From NCBI GenBank assembly GCA_041879355.1, contig CP089922.1, positions 3,155,081 through 3,219,080 of the forward strand: a stretch of DNA of 64,000 nt, read 5' to 3'. This document shows positions 45,396 to 56,052 of this stretch, piece after piece. The notes beneath the pieces are model-generated. The model did no database searches. It worked only from the letters and a program-made list of their open reading frames with translations, and was not told the DNA's origin. How positions within the stretch are numbered: position 1 is the stretch's first letter; each line of letters opens with the position of its first letter. Both the position numbers and the translations under genes were made by a program. Source of the stretch: Cyanobacteria bacterium LVE1205-1 (GTDB taxonomy: Bacteria; Cyanobacteriota; Cyanobacteriia; CAIUCS01).

Positions 45396-46444
45396 TCAGT
45401 GAATTTTGTCATGTTCGCCCTCGATTGAGTCATGGGCATGCCTGTCTTCAATTTCGAGTCTATCCATTGAGTCCTGTAGAGGTTGATCATTGTCAGAGAC
45501 AGGGGGTTCTTTCGTGGTCAATTTCAAGAATACATCCTCCAGGCTGAGCACCAGTGGGTCGCATTGCATACAACCCTAGCCCAGCGCCCACAATTGCAGC
45601 GGCGATATCCCTGCCCTTCTGTTCATCCACAGAAACTTGAAAACGATGACGACCGGCGGCAGTGACGGAAGGGTCATCATCAAAGGACTGAACTAAAGTA
45701 ACTCCCTCCACAGACTGTAATGCCCATTGTGTAGTCTCCAGAGTGCCCTCCACCTCTAATTCATAGCCCCCACCCGCATTCATTTGACTCAACAAACTTT
45801 CCGGTGTGTTGGTGGCAACGACTTCCCCTGATTGATGATGGCAATTCGGTTGCACGTGGTACTCACTTCCGGCAGGATGTGGGTCGATAGGATAATGGTA
45901 TGACTACCTGCCAAACTCTTAATCAGGTGACGTACTTCAATGATTTGACGAGGGTCTAGCCCTACAGTGGGTTCATCTAATATTATTACGGGGGGGTCAT
46001 GGACAATTGCTTGGGCTATGCCAACCCGCTGACGAAATCCCTTTGATAGTTTTCGGATGAGGGTGTGACGTTTTTCGGCTAGGTTACACCGATTAATGGC
46101 TGATTCCACTTTTTGGGGGCGATCGCCAGCGGGTATCCCCTTAATCTGAGCGACAAAATCTAGGAAACCAACCACAGACATTTCCGGATATAGGGGGGAG
46201 TTTCCGGTAAGTACCCGATTCGTTGTCGAACTGCCATGGAATTTTCATGAACTTCGTAATTAGCCACCGTCGCTCTACCCTTAGTTGCCGGTAAGTAGCC
46301 CGCCAGGATTCGCATGGTGGTAGTTTTTCCAGCTCCATTGGGACCTAAGAAACCCAAAATTTCACCGGTATTCACCTTAAAGGTAATATCTTTAATTGCG
46401 GCGGTTGTACCGTAGACCTTACTAAGATGCTCAACTTCAATCAT
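45396..46444 (-). CDS. ABC transporter ATP-binding protein (GldA-like; apparent frameshifts ~46195, ~45827, ~45550)
   Basis: GPNGAGKTT, LSKGFRQRVG, ILDEPT, STH, SLEDVFLKLT spread over four ORF pieces. Confidence 0.88.
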
Positions 46445-46494
46445 CTGCCTGATGTACTCTACCTAACAGTGAATCGATTTACTGAATGACTTGT

Positions 46495-46532
46495 AAAAAA
46501 ACTCCGCCAGTACTTCTCAGACTAAGCGGAGT
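46495..46532 (-). terminator. Intrinsic terminator after the LysM/M23 gene
   Basis: ACTCCGC..GCGGAGT stem followed by a T tract on the minus strand. Confidence 0.65.
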
Positions 46533-46557
46533 CAGACTTAACTCTTTTTTACATTCA

Positions 46558-48543
46558 CTAACGCTTTGCTTGTGCAAGATAGGTTATGGGATTGACGGCT
46601 CCCTGACCAGCTGGATGAATTTCGAAGTGAAGATGGGGACCAGTACTAAAACCAGTACTACCCATTTCAGCAATCAACTGACCTTGGGTGACCCGTTGAC
46701 CTTCTTCAACCAAAATCCGTTGGTTGTGGGCATACAAAGTTAAACTACCATCAGCATGACGGATTTCAACTAAGTTGCCATAACCACCGGAATTCCATCC
46801 TGAAGTAACAACCACACCCTCAGCAGCGGCAACAATGGGAGTTCCGACTGGACCGGCAATATCAATACCACGATGCATTCTACCCCATCGCCAACCAAAT
46901 CCTGAGGTTAATGATCCCTTTGTGGGCCAAATATAACCTTTGAAAATTGAAGCATCAGGAAGATAACGATCGGGAGAGGATAAAGAAGGCAATTCAGGAG
47001 ACACTACCCGACCCAAAGTGGATTGCATGAGTGTCTCATAGGAGCTTGATTCCGTTGGGGTGGCGGCTATCAATTGACTGGCAGAACCAAGAAATGGCTT
47101 ATTTGGGGTTAAACCAGTTTTACCACTATTGATTAATGATAATCTGTCAAACTGAGACAATGAAGTTGAACGTAGGGACGCAGCAAATTCAGGATTTACA
47201 GCCTGCTTGACAGGTTGATTACCGAGAGTTGAAGCTGAGGAAATGGGTTTAAAAACCTTAGCCGATTTGCCAGACGGATTTAAGGTATGAATGGGTTGAT
47301 AACGATCCTGCAGGCGACTAATATCTTGCCTGAGGCGCTGCAAATAAGGACTAAATTGAGATGATTCTGAAGTAGAAACCTGGCTCGAGTCATTATAGTC
47401 GAAAGTAGAGGGAGTAAGTGCAACCTTCACATCAGGCTTAACTAGGAGATCCTCAGCCGTTGACGCTTCATCATCCTTCAACGTGACTTGGGGAGCCGCA
47501 GTCGAAAGTAATTGTTCAACATAGGGATTGCTGGCAGCTAGCTTGACTTCAGCAGGTGAAGAAACTAGATTCTTTGAAGCAAGTTTTGGTTGGGGAATTA
47601 CAATTTTTTGACCAATATAAATCCAGTTAGGGTCACTTATCTGATTAACTGCTAAAACATCCAACCGAGTTAGCCCATGCTTGCGGGCAATTGAATCTAC
47701 CGTATCTCCCTGTCGAACACGATAAATATTCGACTCCTCGGCTTGAGGAATGGAGGGAGTGTTGACGAGCTCACCCAAACCAATTGATGCAACTTTCCCA
47801 TGGGTATCTGAGATGGTTTTGGAAAGAAGGGAGCTGCCAGTTTCTTGAGAATGAGAAACACTCCCCAGCTCTGGTGCAACCAACTTTAGTGAACTATTCT
47901 CCAATGATTTGAGCTGGGATAGGCTAGATAATAATTCTTGTCGATGATGATTTAATCGAACTAAATTAAGCTCCTGTTTACTTTCTAAGGAGGATTCAGT
48001 AGCACTAGGGATTTGAAGTGATTGCCCCACATTTAGTGCCGAATCTACTTGTAAGTGGTTGATGGAAGCAATTTCGTCTGGATCAACACCATAGATTTGG
48101 GAAATACCCCAGAATGTATCACCTTCTTGTACTGTATGGCGGATACCAGAAAATTCAGGAGTGGGGAATGATGAAATTCCATCATTAGGAGTAACTTCAG
48201 AGAGTGAAGTCACATTTGCTAGGGAAGATAATTCTTCAACAGCTTTAGATTCAGTCGCTAAAGGTTCAGCGGCGGCTGCAAGCCCCTGATGCCTAGCAAC
48301 CATGAGATTGGATGCTCCCATTGAAATAGCTAAACCAATCACGGCTGCAGAAGTACGAGCCTTACGCTGCCGTCCTGATCCAGAATCATTTGAATTCACA
48401 GAATCGTTTTCTTCGCGGGAAACATCAGACTGCTTAAAGCAGTCATCACTATTGTCAATGGCAGTTTCATATGTCCGACTCGCTAAATGACTGTTAGCTG
48501 AGGGAGTGACTGGATATAAACTGCTTGGAAATTCTCGTTTCAA
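46558..48543 (-). CDS. LysM/M23 peptidoglycan DD-endopeptidase (NlpD-like)
   Basis: Two LysM repeats (HTVQEGDT, YRVRQGDT); M23 motifs HRGID, YAH, STGPHLHFE; probable TTG start at 48543 after a GGAGG RBS. Confidence 0.9.
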   Translation of the reverse strand: MKREFPSSLYPVTPSANSHLASRTYETAIDNSDDCFKQSDVSREENDSVNSNDSGSGRQRKARTSAAVIGLAISMGASNLMVARHQGLAAAAEPLATESKAVEELSSLANVTSLSEVTPNDGISSFPTPEFSGIRHTVQEGDTFWGISQIYGVDPDEIASINHLQVDSALNVGQSLQIPSATESSLESKQELNLVRLNHHRQELLSSLSQLKSLENSSLKLVAPELGSVSHSQETGSSLLSKTISDTHGKVASIGLGELVNTPSIPQAEESNIYRVRQGDTVDSIARKHGLTRLDVLAVNQISDPNWIYIGQKIVIPQPKLASKNLVSSPAEVKLAASNPYVEQLLSTAAPQVTLKDDEASTAEDLLVKPDVKVALTPSTFDYNDSSQVSTSESSQFSPYLQRLRQDISRLQDRYQPIHTLNPSGKSAKVFKPISSASTLGNQPVKQAVNPEFAASLRSTSLSQFDRLSLINSGKTGLTPNKPFLGSASQLIAATPTESSSYETLMQSTLGRVVSPELPSLSSPDRYLPDASIFKGYIWPTKGSLTSGFGWRWGRMHRGIDIAGPVGTPIVAAAEGVVVTSGWNSGGYGNLVEIRHADGSLTLYAHNQRILVEEGQRVTQGQLIAEMGSTGFSTGPHLHFEIHPAGQGAVNPITYLAQAKR

Positions 48544-49084
48544 AGAACGACCTCCTCTATACTGAATGACTAACGCTAAATTACTCTCGAAACAGAAGAC
48601 GACCCTAGATTGGAACTGATTTAGATTACTCAAAATGGCTAAGCCATTGGGAATGAAAGCCCCACAGGACGGAACGGTAACCTTTACGACAACTTTTATA
48701 AGTAATCAAAGGTAATCACTAAAATCAGGATAAAACTGATAAAACCTGTGAAGACAATTTTAACTTTCCAGTAAATATCTACTAAATGTAATGATTAAAT
48801 CATTTTATTCAGATATTTACAAATTATTAAAAACTTAGCAGCACTTCTAAAAAAATGCAACATTCTAGGCAACAAATTTCGAAATTAGTTCAATTTTATC
48901 GAGTTCTAATGTGCCGAAACTATTGGAAAATAAGGATTTAAGAGACTTAAGTGTAAAATATAAAAAATTTCTATATGTTGGATTAAAGATTCAACTTGGT
49001 GCCATGGTTTATAGATAGAAATTTCTTATTCAAATCAATGGAATTTTGTAGTATAAGTCACTAAATTATGTTTTGTTTAGGGTT

Positions 49085-49581
49085 TTACCGTGGATTGGAA
49101 ATAAATTTGGAAGTGATATCCGGTTCCAGTTTTCCCAATTGACGCAAGGATTCAAATAACCCTACCGCCACACTAACCGAAAGGTTGAGGCTACGAACCC
49201 CGCCTTGCATCATCGGAATATATAGGGTTTGGTCACACTGATTGAGGATCTGGGAGGGTAAGCCTGTTGTCTCAGAACCGAAGAATAACCAATCATCTGC
49301 ACAAAATTGCCAGGATAGATAGTTCTGTTGACCCGTGGTGCTAAAACCAATCCACCTGCCTCCCTGTTGTTGATGAATCTGGCAAAAGTCTGCAAAGGAC
49401 TGGTGGTAATGAAGGGTGACGTAGGGCCAGTAGTCTAGTCCTGCCCGCTTTAGTTGGCGATCGCTGATTTCAAATCCGAGGGGACCAACTAAATGTAATT
49501 CAGTAGCAGTGGCAGCACAAGTGCGGGCAATATTCCCTGTATTGGGGGGATTTGGGGATGAACCAAGACAACTTTCGGCAT
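49085..49581 (-). CDS. trmL: tRNA (cytidine34-2'-O)-methyltransferase (apparent frameshift at G run ~49543-49548)
   Basis: MPKVVLVHPQIP / PNTGNIARTCA, KRAGLDYW, FGSETTG, RSLNLS. Confidence 0.92.
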
Positions 49582-49668
49582 ACATCAGAAAAAAGGCAGA
49601 TTTGCAATCAATATAATAATTTCTAATCAATCAGCAGACAATGACACCTGGTTTTCAGCCAATTTCCA

Positions 49669-51462
49669 CTACACCATCGACACCATATCTGATTGTCCAT
49701 TTCCTGATGTCCCGGAATAAACCATACCCTTCTGGGTATCCATGGTTAGAATGGTGCCATCCCGAACCACCTTCGTTGCATCTTTCATGCCAATAATGAC
49801 CGGCACTCCCAGCCGTAGACCAATCACTGCGGCATGACTGGTTAAGCTATCATTTTCAGTAATGATGCCAGCAGCTTTCCGGATAGCATCAATGAAGTCA
49901 ACATTGGTATTCGATGCCACCAGTATTTCACCTTGATTAAAATTATTCACATCATGGATGCTACGAGCAACCCTGGCTCGACCACTCACTGCCCCCTGTC
50001 CAATGCCAATTCCCTTACCCAAAACCGCTGTCACCACATCAACCTTTATCAAGTCAGTGGATCCGGGTACCCCTTGCAAGGTACCAGCTGTCATCACCAC
50101 TAAATCCCCTTCTTTCAGTAATTGTTTTTCCTGTGCCACGTTGAGGGCTGCCTGGAATGTTTGACCGGTAGAAGGTAAGTCCAACACTAATAATGGTTTA
50201 ACTCCCCACACCATTTGCAGTCGTCTTGCCACATCCACGTGGGGAGTGACAGCCAACACCGGGGGCTTAGGACGGAATTTAGAGACATTCCGCGCCGTTG
50301 CCCCGGTTTTAGTAAGGGTCATAATCGCTGAGGCTTCCAGTTGTTCGGCAATATTACTCACTGCCTGGCTGATGGAGTTGGGGATCGATTTGAGGTGGGG
50401 AGTTTTACCATTGCAAGCGTTACATGTAACTCGCTCCTGTTCAATCCGGATGGCGATTTTTGCCATGGTAGCCACTGCATCCACCGGATACTTGCCAGTA
50501 GCAGTTTCGTTGGACAACATTACTGCATCCGTCCCATCAATAATGGCGTTAGCCACATCAGAAATTTCAGCCCTGGTGGGTCGCGGATTTTCGGTCATGC
50601 TATCTAACATTTGCGTTGCCGTAATCACTGGAATTCCCAGTTGGTTAGCAGTAGAAATTAACCGTTTTTGCAGGATGGGTACATCTTCAGCCGGCAACTC
50701 CACCCCCAAATCTCCCCTGGCAACCATAACCCCATCACTCAGGGACAAAATAGCATCCATTTGCTCAATGGCTTCATGTTTTTCAATCTTGACCACTACA
50801 GGGACATTCTTACCTGCATTACTAATTAATTCCTTAATTTCCAATACATCCTGGGGGTTACGGACAAAGCTGAGGGCAACCCAGTCCACTCCTTGATCCA
50901 AACCAAAAAATAAATCTCGACGGTCTTTGTCGGTTAAGGCTTTAATGGAAAGATAAACTCCAGGAAAATTAACTCCTTTGTTATCTGATAAAACTCCCCC
51001 GACAACTACCCGACAATGAAGCTCTCTCCTACCCCGGTCAACATCTTCTACCAACATTTCAACTTTTCCATCATCTAATAGAATGGTGGCTCCACCATTG
51101 ACTTCATCGGTCAAGAACTCATAGGTAACTGAACTCTTTTGATGGGTACCCGGTTGAATTTCACTGGTCAGAATAAATGGGTCTCCTTTAGCCAAGGTGA
51201 TTGAACCGTTTTCAAATTTACCTAGACGGATTTTAGGTCCTTGTAGGTCTTGCAAAATACCAACTGGTTGGTTTAACTCAAAAGAAACCTGACGGATTAA
51301 CCGAATGCTTTTCAAGTGGTCATCCTGGGAACCATGGGAAAAATTTAGGCGTAGGGTGGTTGCTCCAGCCTCGATGAGCGATCGCAACACTTCAGGTGTT
51401 TTGGTAGATGGACCGATGGTGGCAACAATTTTAGTGCGTCGTTGAGAACTATACAATTGCAT
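49669..51462 (-). CDS. pyk: Pyruvate kinase with C-terminal PEP-utilizer domain
   Basis: TKIVATIGP, RLNFSHG, DLQGPKIR, MVARGDLG, TATQML, MLSNETA, TSHAA. Confidence 0.97.
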   Translation of the reverse strand: MQLYSSQRRTKIVATIGPSTKTPEVLRSLIEAGATTLRLNFSHGSQDDHLKSIRLIRQVSFELNQPVGILQDLQGPKIRLGKFENGSITLAKGDPFILTSEIQPGTHQKSSVTYEFLTDEVNGGATILLDDGKVEMLVEDVDRGRRELHCRVVVGGVLSDNKGVNFPGVYLSIKALTDKDRRDLFFGLDQGVDWVALSFVRNPQDVLEIKELISNAGKNVPVVVKIEKHEAIEQMDAILSLSDGVMVARGDLGVELPAEDVPILQKRLISTANQLGIPVITATQMLDSMTENPRPTRAEISDVANAIIDGTDAVMLSNETATGKYPVDAVATMAKIAIRIEQERVTCNACNGKTPHLKSIPNSISQAVSNIAEQLEASAIMTLTKTGATARNVSKFRPKPPVLAVTPHVDVARRLQMVWGVKPLLVLDLPSTGQTFQAALNVAQEKQLLKEGDLVVMTAGTLQGVPGSTDLIKVDVVTAVLGKGIGIGQGAVSGRARVARSIHDVNNFNQGEILVASNTNVDFIDAIRKAAGIITENDSLTSHAAVIGLRLGVPVIIGMKDATKVVRDGTILTMDTQKGMVYSGTSGNGQSDMVSMV

Positions 51463-51753
51463 GGATTAACAGGGGGTTGGGAAAAGTAGGAATGTGGATT
51501 TTAGGATTTTACGATTCAATCCGCCATCATGATCATCAGCAAGATTATCAGTAAGACTTGCACTCCAAGTTGCCACCTTAGGGACCAGGTTCGCCCAGGA
51601 AAGGGTAGGTTTCCCAGTTGACCAGGCTCAACCTTGTAATGGTACTCTGGGATTATACGCAAGATGAATACTGGTACGATGCAAGATGGGTCATAGGGTC
51701 AAGCCATCCTAAACAATTAGACCTCACGAAAATTAATAGTTGTTTAAGCAAGA

Positions 51754-51830
51754 GTAACCGTTCACTCCCCGGGAGGAACCAGCGAACCTAGCCCGCAACC
51801 CTCTTTACTGCGGGGAGTGGGAACGGTTAC
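51754..51830. repeat. 77-bp element with long terminal inverted repeats
   Basis: GTAACCGTTCACTCCCC..GGGGAGTGGGAACGGTTAC; its 5' half recurs, diverged, at ~54118-54171. Confidence 0.7.
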
Positions 51831-51956
51831 CCCAAATAACTATCTAGTATTTCAGAAAAGGGTCAGGAATGAAAGACTGGGAAATCTGCAAAAAATGGAT
51901 TAATGTTCTAATCCAGTTCATTGTAGACATCAATGGCTAAGGGTAGACTGCTAAAC

Positions 51957-51992
51957 GAAAGTAAAATTGAATTTAAATTCAATTTTACTTTC
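51957..51992. repeat. Perfect 36-bp palindrome in the pyk/rsmE divergent region
   Basis: GAAAGTAAAATTGAATTT|AAATTCAATTTTACTTTC. Confidence 0.95.
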
Positions 51993-52033
51993 CACCCAAT
52001 GAAATTCTCCAAAGCCCATTAATTTGAATCCCC

Positions 52034-52813
52034 ATGTGTGACTATTCTTCTCTACAGCGGTTGGCGATCGCTCCCCACCAATGGATCAAGAGCCCAGCCC
52101 ATCCAGTCGCCATTCAATTAACATCTCGGCAAAACCACTACTTACGGCGAGTTCTGCGATTAACAGACCGAGATCATTTTATTGCCTTAGATGGCAACCA
52201 ATGGTGGCTCGCTGAAATAGGATCAAGGGGAGAAACCACTGCTTGGGTTCATCAGCAAATCTCCATTCAAACTGAACTACCAATGGAAGTCATACTTGTA
52301 TCAGCCTTACCAAAAGGAAATGGATTTGACGAAGTGATCCGTCAGGCAACGGAACTGGGGGTGGGGGAAATTGTACCGGTTCTGAGTGAACGCACCCTGC
52401 TCCAACCCAGTTCAAGTAAACTCCTGCGATGGCAGCGAATTATAGAAGAAGCAGCGGAACAATCCCATCGGCAACGCATTCCTCGGTTAATCAATCCCCT
52501 TTCTTTTGATGATTATTTAGTCAACCCACCCATTGCCACTCCATCCTCTTCAATGCGACTGATCGGGGTATGCCAGGGAAACGCTCCCCTGTTTTTATCA
52601 ACACTGAATTCCATGGATCCATTTCCCCCAGCCATTATAATTGCCATGGGACCTGAAGGGGGTTGGACACAACCCGAATTCAATAAAGCGATCGCCCATG
52701 GATATCAGCCCATTTCTTTAGGACAACGAACCTTACGGAGTGTCACTGCCCCGGTGGCGGCTATGGCAATTATGATGGCTTTCATTGAAACCCATCATCA
52801 CAGTTGGGGCTGA
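52034..52813 (+). CDS. rsmE: 16S rRNA m3U1498 methyltransferase
   Basis: HYLRRVLRL, ATELGV, EAAEQS, GPEGGW, LG..TLR.VTA. Confidence 0.93.
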   Translation: MCDYSSLQRLAIAPHQWIKSPAHPVAIQLTSRQNHYLRRVLRLTDRDHFIALDGNQWWLAEIGSRGETTAWVHQQISIQTELPMEVILVSALPKGNGFDEVIRQATELGVGEIVPVLSERTLLQPSSSKLLRWQRIIEEAAEQSHRQRIPRLINPLSFDDYLVNPPIATPSSSMRLIGVCQGNAPLFLSTLNSMDPFPPAIIIAMGPEGGWTQPEFNKAIAHGYQPISLGQRTLRSVTAPVAAMAIMMAFIETHHHSWG

Positions 52814-52815
52814 CA

Positions 52816-52985
52816 TTGCCATACTCCTCTGGCTAAAGCCTGAAGCATTCTAGGGTCAAACGGCGATGGTGGATGTAGCTCGTCTTACAGGATTGAGCCT
52901 AATAATCCATGCCCCGACAACGTATTCTGAGTATTGCTTCCTACGCCCTAACGGACGAGGCTTGAAACCCATTATTTTTTGGTAA
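52816..52985 (-). mobile_element. ~170-bp non-autonomous IS200/IS605-like element (both end motifs, no ORF)
   Basis: TTGCCATACTCC..GGCTAAAGCC..ATTCT matches the right end at 56765; the other end (reverse complement GGGTTTCAAGCCTCGTCC) matches the hairpin at 25857. Confidence 0.6.
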
Positions 52986-53078
52986 CATAATGGGATTAAA
53001 GCCCTATAGGGTCATTTATAAAGAGCTTCCTTCAAATTTTTTTCATTATGGCGTTATTAGGGAAACAATCAATCGGAT

Positions 53079-54043
53079 ATGGAATTTAGTGTCATTAAAC
53101 AACGGAATCTATGGTGGTTACTATCTGGAATCATCATCGTGACCGGCATTATAGGGATGATTATTTCTACGAATACCCTCGGTACACCCTTACGTCCTAG
53201 TTTAGATTTTGTGGGTGGAACCCGACTTCAGCTTGAATTAGACTGTTCTCAACCCAATAACTGTAACCAACCCATTGATTCTGCCACCGTTCGGAATGTA
53301 TTATCCACCCAAAATATAGGGGGTGGTAGCATTCAAGTTGTGGATCAATACGGCTTATCAATACGAACCAAAGCCCTTGATCAAAATGAACGAACCAATC
53401 TGATTGCCAATCTGGCAGAAAAAATAGGTCAATTTAATCCACAAAAAAGTCAAATCGACACGGTTGGACCCATTATTGGTCAACAAATTTTTACCGCCGG
53501 ACTCTTGGCTCTTATTATTTCCTTCGCCGGGATAACTGTCTATCTCAGCCTGCGGTTTCAATTTGACTACGCCGTAATTGCCTTTATTGCCCTTCTCCAC
53601 GACGTTTTGATTACCGTAGGGATTTTTTCAATTCTGGGATTAATTTTAGGCACTGAGGTGGACAGTTTATTTATTGTTGCCCTGCTCACTATCGTTGGGT
53701 TTTCTGTCAACGATACGGTGGTCATCTACGACCGGGTTCGAGAAAATATTAATCTCCAACCTGGGGTTACCATTAATCAAATTGTGGATGATGCCGTCCA
53801 GCAAACCCTAGGACGATCCATTAACACCACCTTAACCACCTTGCTAACATTATTTGCCATTTTTATTTTTGGGGGGAAACCCTCAAAGATTTTGCCCTAG
53901 CGTTGATTATTGGCTTTGCTGCCGGTGCTTACTCCAGCATTTTTATTGCCAGTACCTTATTGGCATGGTGGCGGGTTCGTATTGGACAGTCCATTCCCTT
54001 GAATTTATCAATGGAAAGGAAAGCCGAAGAACTTGAACCTTAA
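53079..54043 (+). CDS. secF: Protein translocase subunit SecF (apparent frameshift at G run ~53871-53877)
   Basis: [48 protein letters not shown]. Confidence 0.95.
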
Positions 54044-54167
54044 AATAAATCCGTTAGAATGGAACCATAGTAAGCTCTATCGTTACTTAAATTTAACTTG
54101 GACTTGACTGTTTGGATGCGACCGTACACTCTCCCCTAAGGGAGGAATCAGCGGGCGTAGCCCCCAA

Positions 54168-54282
54168 CCCTCACCCTAAATCCCTCTCCCGCTTTAGGAG
54201 AAGGACTTTGAATTCGGTTCCCCTTCTCCTTTTTGGGGAGAAGGGGTGGGGATGAGGGCAAACGTGCAAAACTGGGATACTC
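54168..54282. repeat. Short dispersed hairpin repeat related to 41511-41610
   Basis: CCCTCACCCTAAATCCCTCTCCC..GGAGAAGG..CCCTTCTCC..GGAGAAGGGG..GATGAGGGC..GCAAAACTGGGATACTC. Confidence 0.7.
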
Positions 54283-54294
54283 TCACCATGTGCC

Positions 54295-54450
54295 CTGGTA
54301 GACTGACAAAAGTTGTACGCCCTCACCCCCAACCCCTCTCCCAGGGGGCGAGGGGAGCCGATCCATCCCCTCCGGTTCCCTCTCCCATCGGGAGAGGGCT
54401 AGGGTGAGGGCTTTCGGGGTTTTGGCTGAGAAGTTTTGTCAGTCAATCAG
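54295..54450. mobile_element. 155-bp MITE family, copy 2 (inverted relative to copy 1)
   Basis: TIRs CTGGTAGACTGACAA / TTGTCAGTCAATCAG; perfect 9-bp TSD CCATGTGCC on both sides. Confidence 0.95.
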
Positions 54451-54492
54451 CCATGTGCCAGTAGTTGAGAATTTTTTATTGATCATCGATTT

Positions 54493-55908
54493 ATGAATGC
54501 GTCCAATAACTCGCCTGTCCTGGCAATTCAAAGCATTATTGATAATCGTTATAAAATTATCAAACAACTGGGGGAAGGAGGGTTTGGTCGAACCTATCTG
54601 GCCATGGATGATCGACGGCATGGGGAATATTGCGTAATCAAAGAATTTGCACCAACCTTTAGTGAACCAGATGTCTTAGAAAAAGCGAAGGAGTTATTTC
54701 AACGGGAGGCAAGGGTTTTACACAGCCTTAACCATCCCCAAATTCCTGAATTTCGTGAGGTTTTTGATACGAATGTTAATGGTTATACCTATTTAATTTT
54801 AGTCCAGGAATGGGTTCCAGGTCCTTCCTATCGAGATTTACTCCAGCGTCAACGATTTACGGAAAAGGAAGTTATAGCATGGATGCTGGATGTGGTGGAT
54901 ATTCTAGACTATCTTCACCAACGAAATCCACCAGTTATTCATCGAGATATTGCCCCAGATAACTTAATTCGCAGTGATACATTAAATAAACCTGTTTTAA
55001 TTGATTTTGGTGCCGTAAAAGAAGCCGTTAAAAATGCTTCAACCAATACACCATCCATCACCGTTTTATTTAAGGATGGGTATACACCCAGGGAGCAACA
55101 ACAGGGAAAGCCAGTTCCTTCCAGTGATTTATATGCCTTAGCAGTTACGGCTATTGTTTTAGCAACTGGTAAAGAGCCCAATGATGGACTGACGACTCGA
55201 TCAACCGGTTTGAGTCGTGAACTGACTAAAATTCTCAAACGGATGATGGCTGAAGATCCAAAACAACGATATTCCTCTGCCCAAGAGGTTAGAAAAACCT
55301 TATCTTCACTAAAGCAAGCCCCATCGAACGCATCAGCCTTAGGTTCTTCCTCAGCATCTTCTTTGATTAAAACCTGGTTAGTTCCAGGATTGGACATCCT
55401 AACCCGCTCCCGTCTGACCAGTTCTACCCAGCCCACCTCTGGAAGTTCTCAGAAGACAACCAGCAACTTTTTTACCCAAGTCGGGAGTCCCAACAACCGG
55501 TTTTTGTCTGGACTATTGCTACTGATTCAGATTGGTATCGTTATGGGGGTTTCAATTTTGATTGCAACGAGGGTATCTGATTATTTACTAACACCCAGTT
55601 CTAAATCTGATAAACCGATCTCCCCATCAACCACCGATGCTTGCCAGAAATTGGATCAAAGCCAAATGAGTCCTGAAGTTATTCAAGAGATTAATGAACA
55701 ATTTTGGCAACGGTTTCCGGAGATGAAATCTAAAGAGATTGAACCGAATCAACGAGGGCATAACAGGTACCGCCTTGGTTGGTGTGAAATTGCCAATCAG
55801 GTACTCAAAGAAAAACAAAATAATCAGAATCAGGGAAACTTTATAAAAACACTGAATCAATTGTTCAACCAAGTGAACCAATTCATTCATCGTCAAAACA
55901 AACGCTGA
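54493..55908 (+). CDS. Hanks-type Ser/Thr protein kinase with a TM helix and C-terminal domain
   Basis: LGEGGFG, VIKE, IHRDIAPDN, IDFG, GYTPREQ, SDLY; TM at ~aa 340-360. Confidence 0.92.
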   Translation: MNASNNSPVLAIQSIIDNRYKIIKQLGEGGFGRTYLAMDDRRHGEYCVIKEFAPTFSEPDVLEKAKELFQREARVLHSLNHPQIPEFREVFDTNVNGYTYLILVQEWVPGPSYRDLLQRQRFTEKEVIAWMLDVVDILDYLHQRNPPVIHRDIAPDNLIRSDTLNKPVLIDFGAVKEAVKNASTNTPSITVLFKDGYTPREQQQGKPVPSSDLYALAVTAIVLATGKEPNDGLTTRSTGLSRELTKILKRMMAEDPKQRYSSAQEVRKTLSSLKQAPSNASALGSSSASSLIKTWLVPGLDILTRSRLTSSTQPTSGSSQKTTSNFFTQVGSPNNRFLSGLLLLIQIGIVMGVSILIATRVSDYLLTPSSKSDKPISPSTTDACQKLDQSQMSPEVIQEINEQFWQRFPEMKSKEIEPNQRGHNRYRLGWCEIANQVLKEKQNNQNQGNFIKTLNQLFNQVNQFIHRQNKR

Positions 55909-56052
55909 TATTCTGTATCTCCTAACTAGAAAAATTGTAATGACTAAATCAAACCATAATCCATTGGGGAGTAGTGATCTTCAGTCAGTAGGATGATAGA
56001 GGATTACCAACGTGGATGGTTTTGAAAGTATGGGAAAATAATGAATCCAGGG

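Noticed and set aside
50246-50896. Long antisense ORFs, also 1024-1443, 3123-3593, 28753-29121 and 54939-55436
   Set aside because: They are shadows of well-supported genes on the opposite strand.
51560-51660. Possible structured RNA upstream of pyk
   Set aside because: I could not match it to SRP, 6S or a known riboswitch by eye; an Rfam scan is needed.
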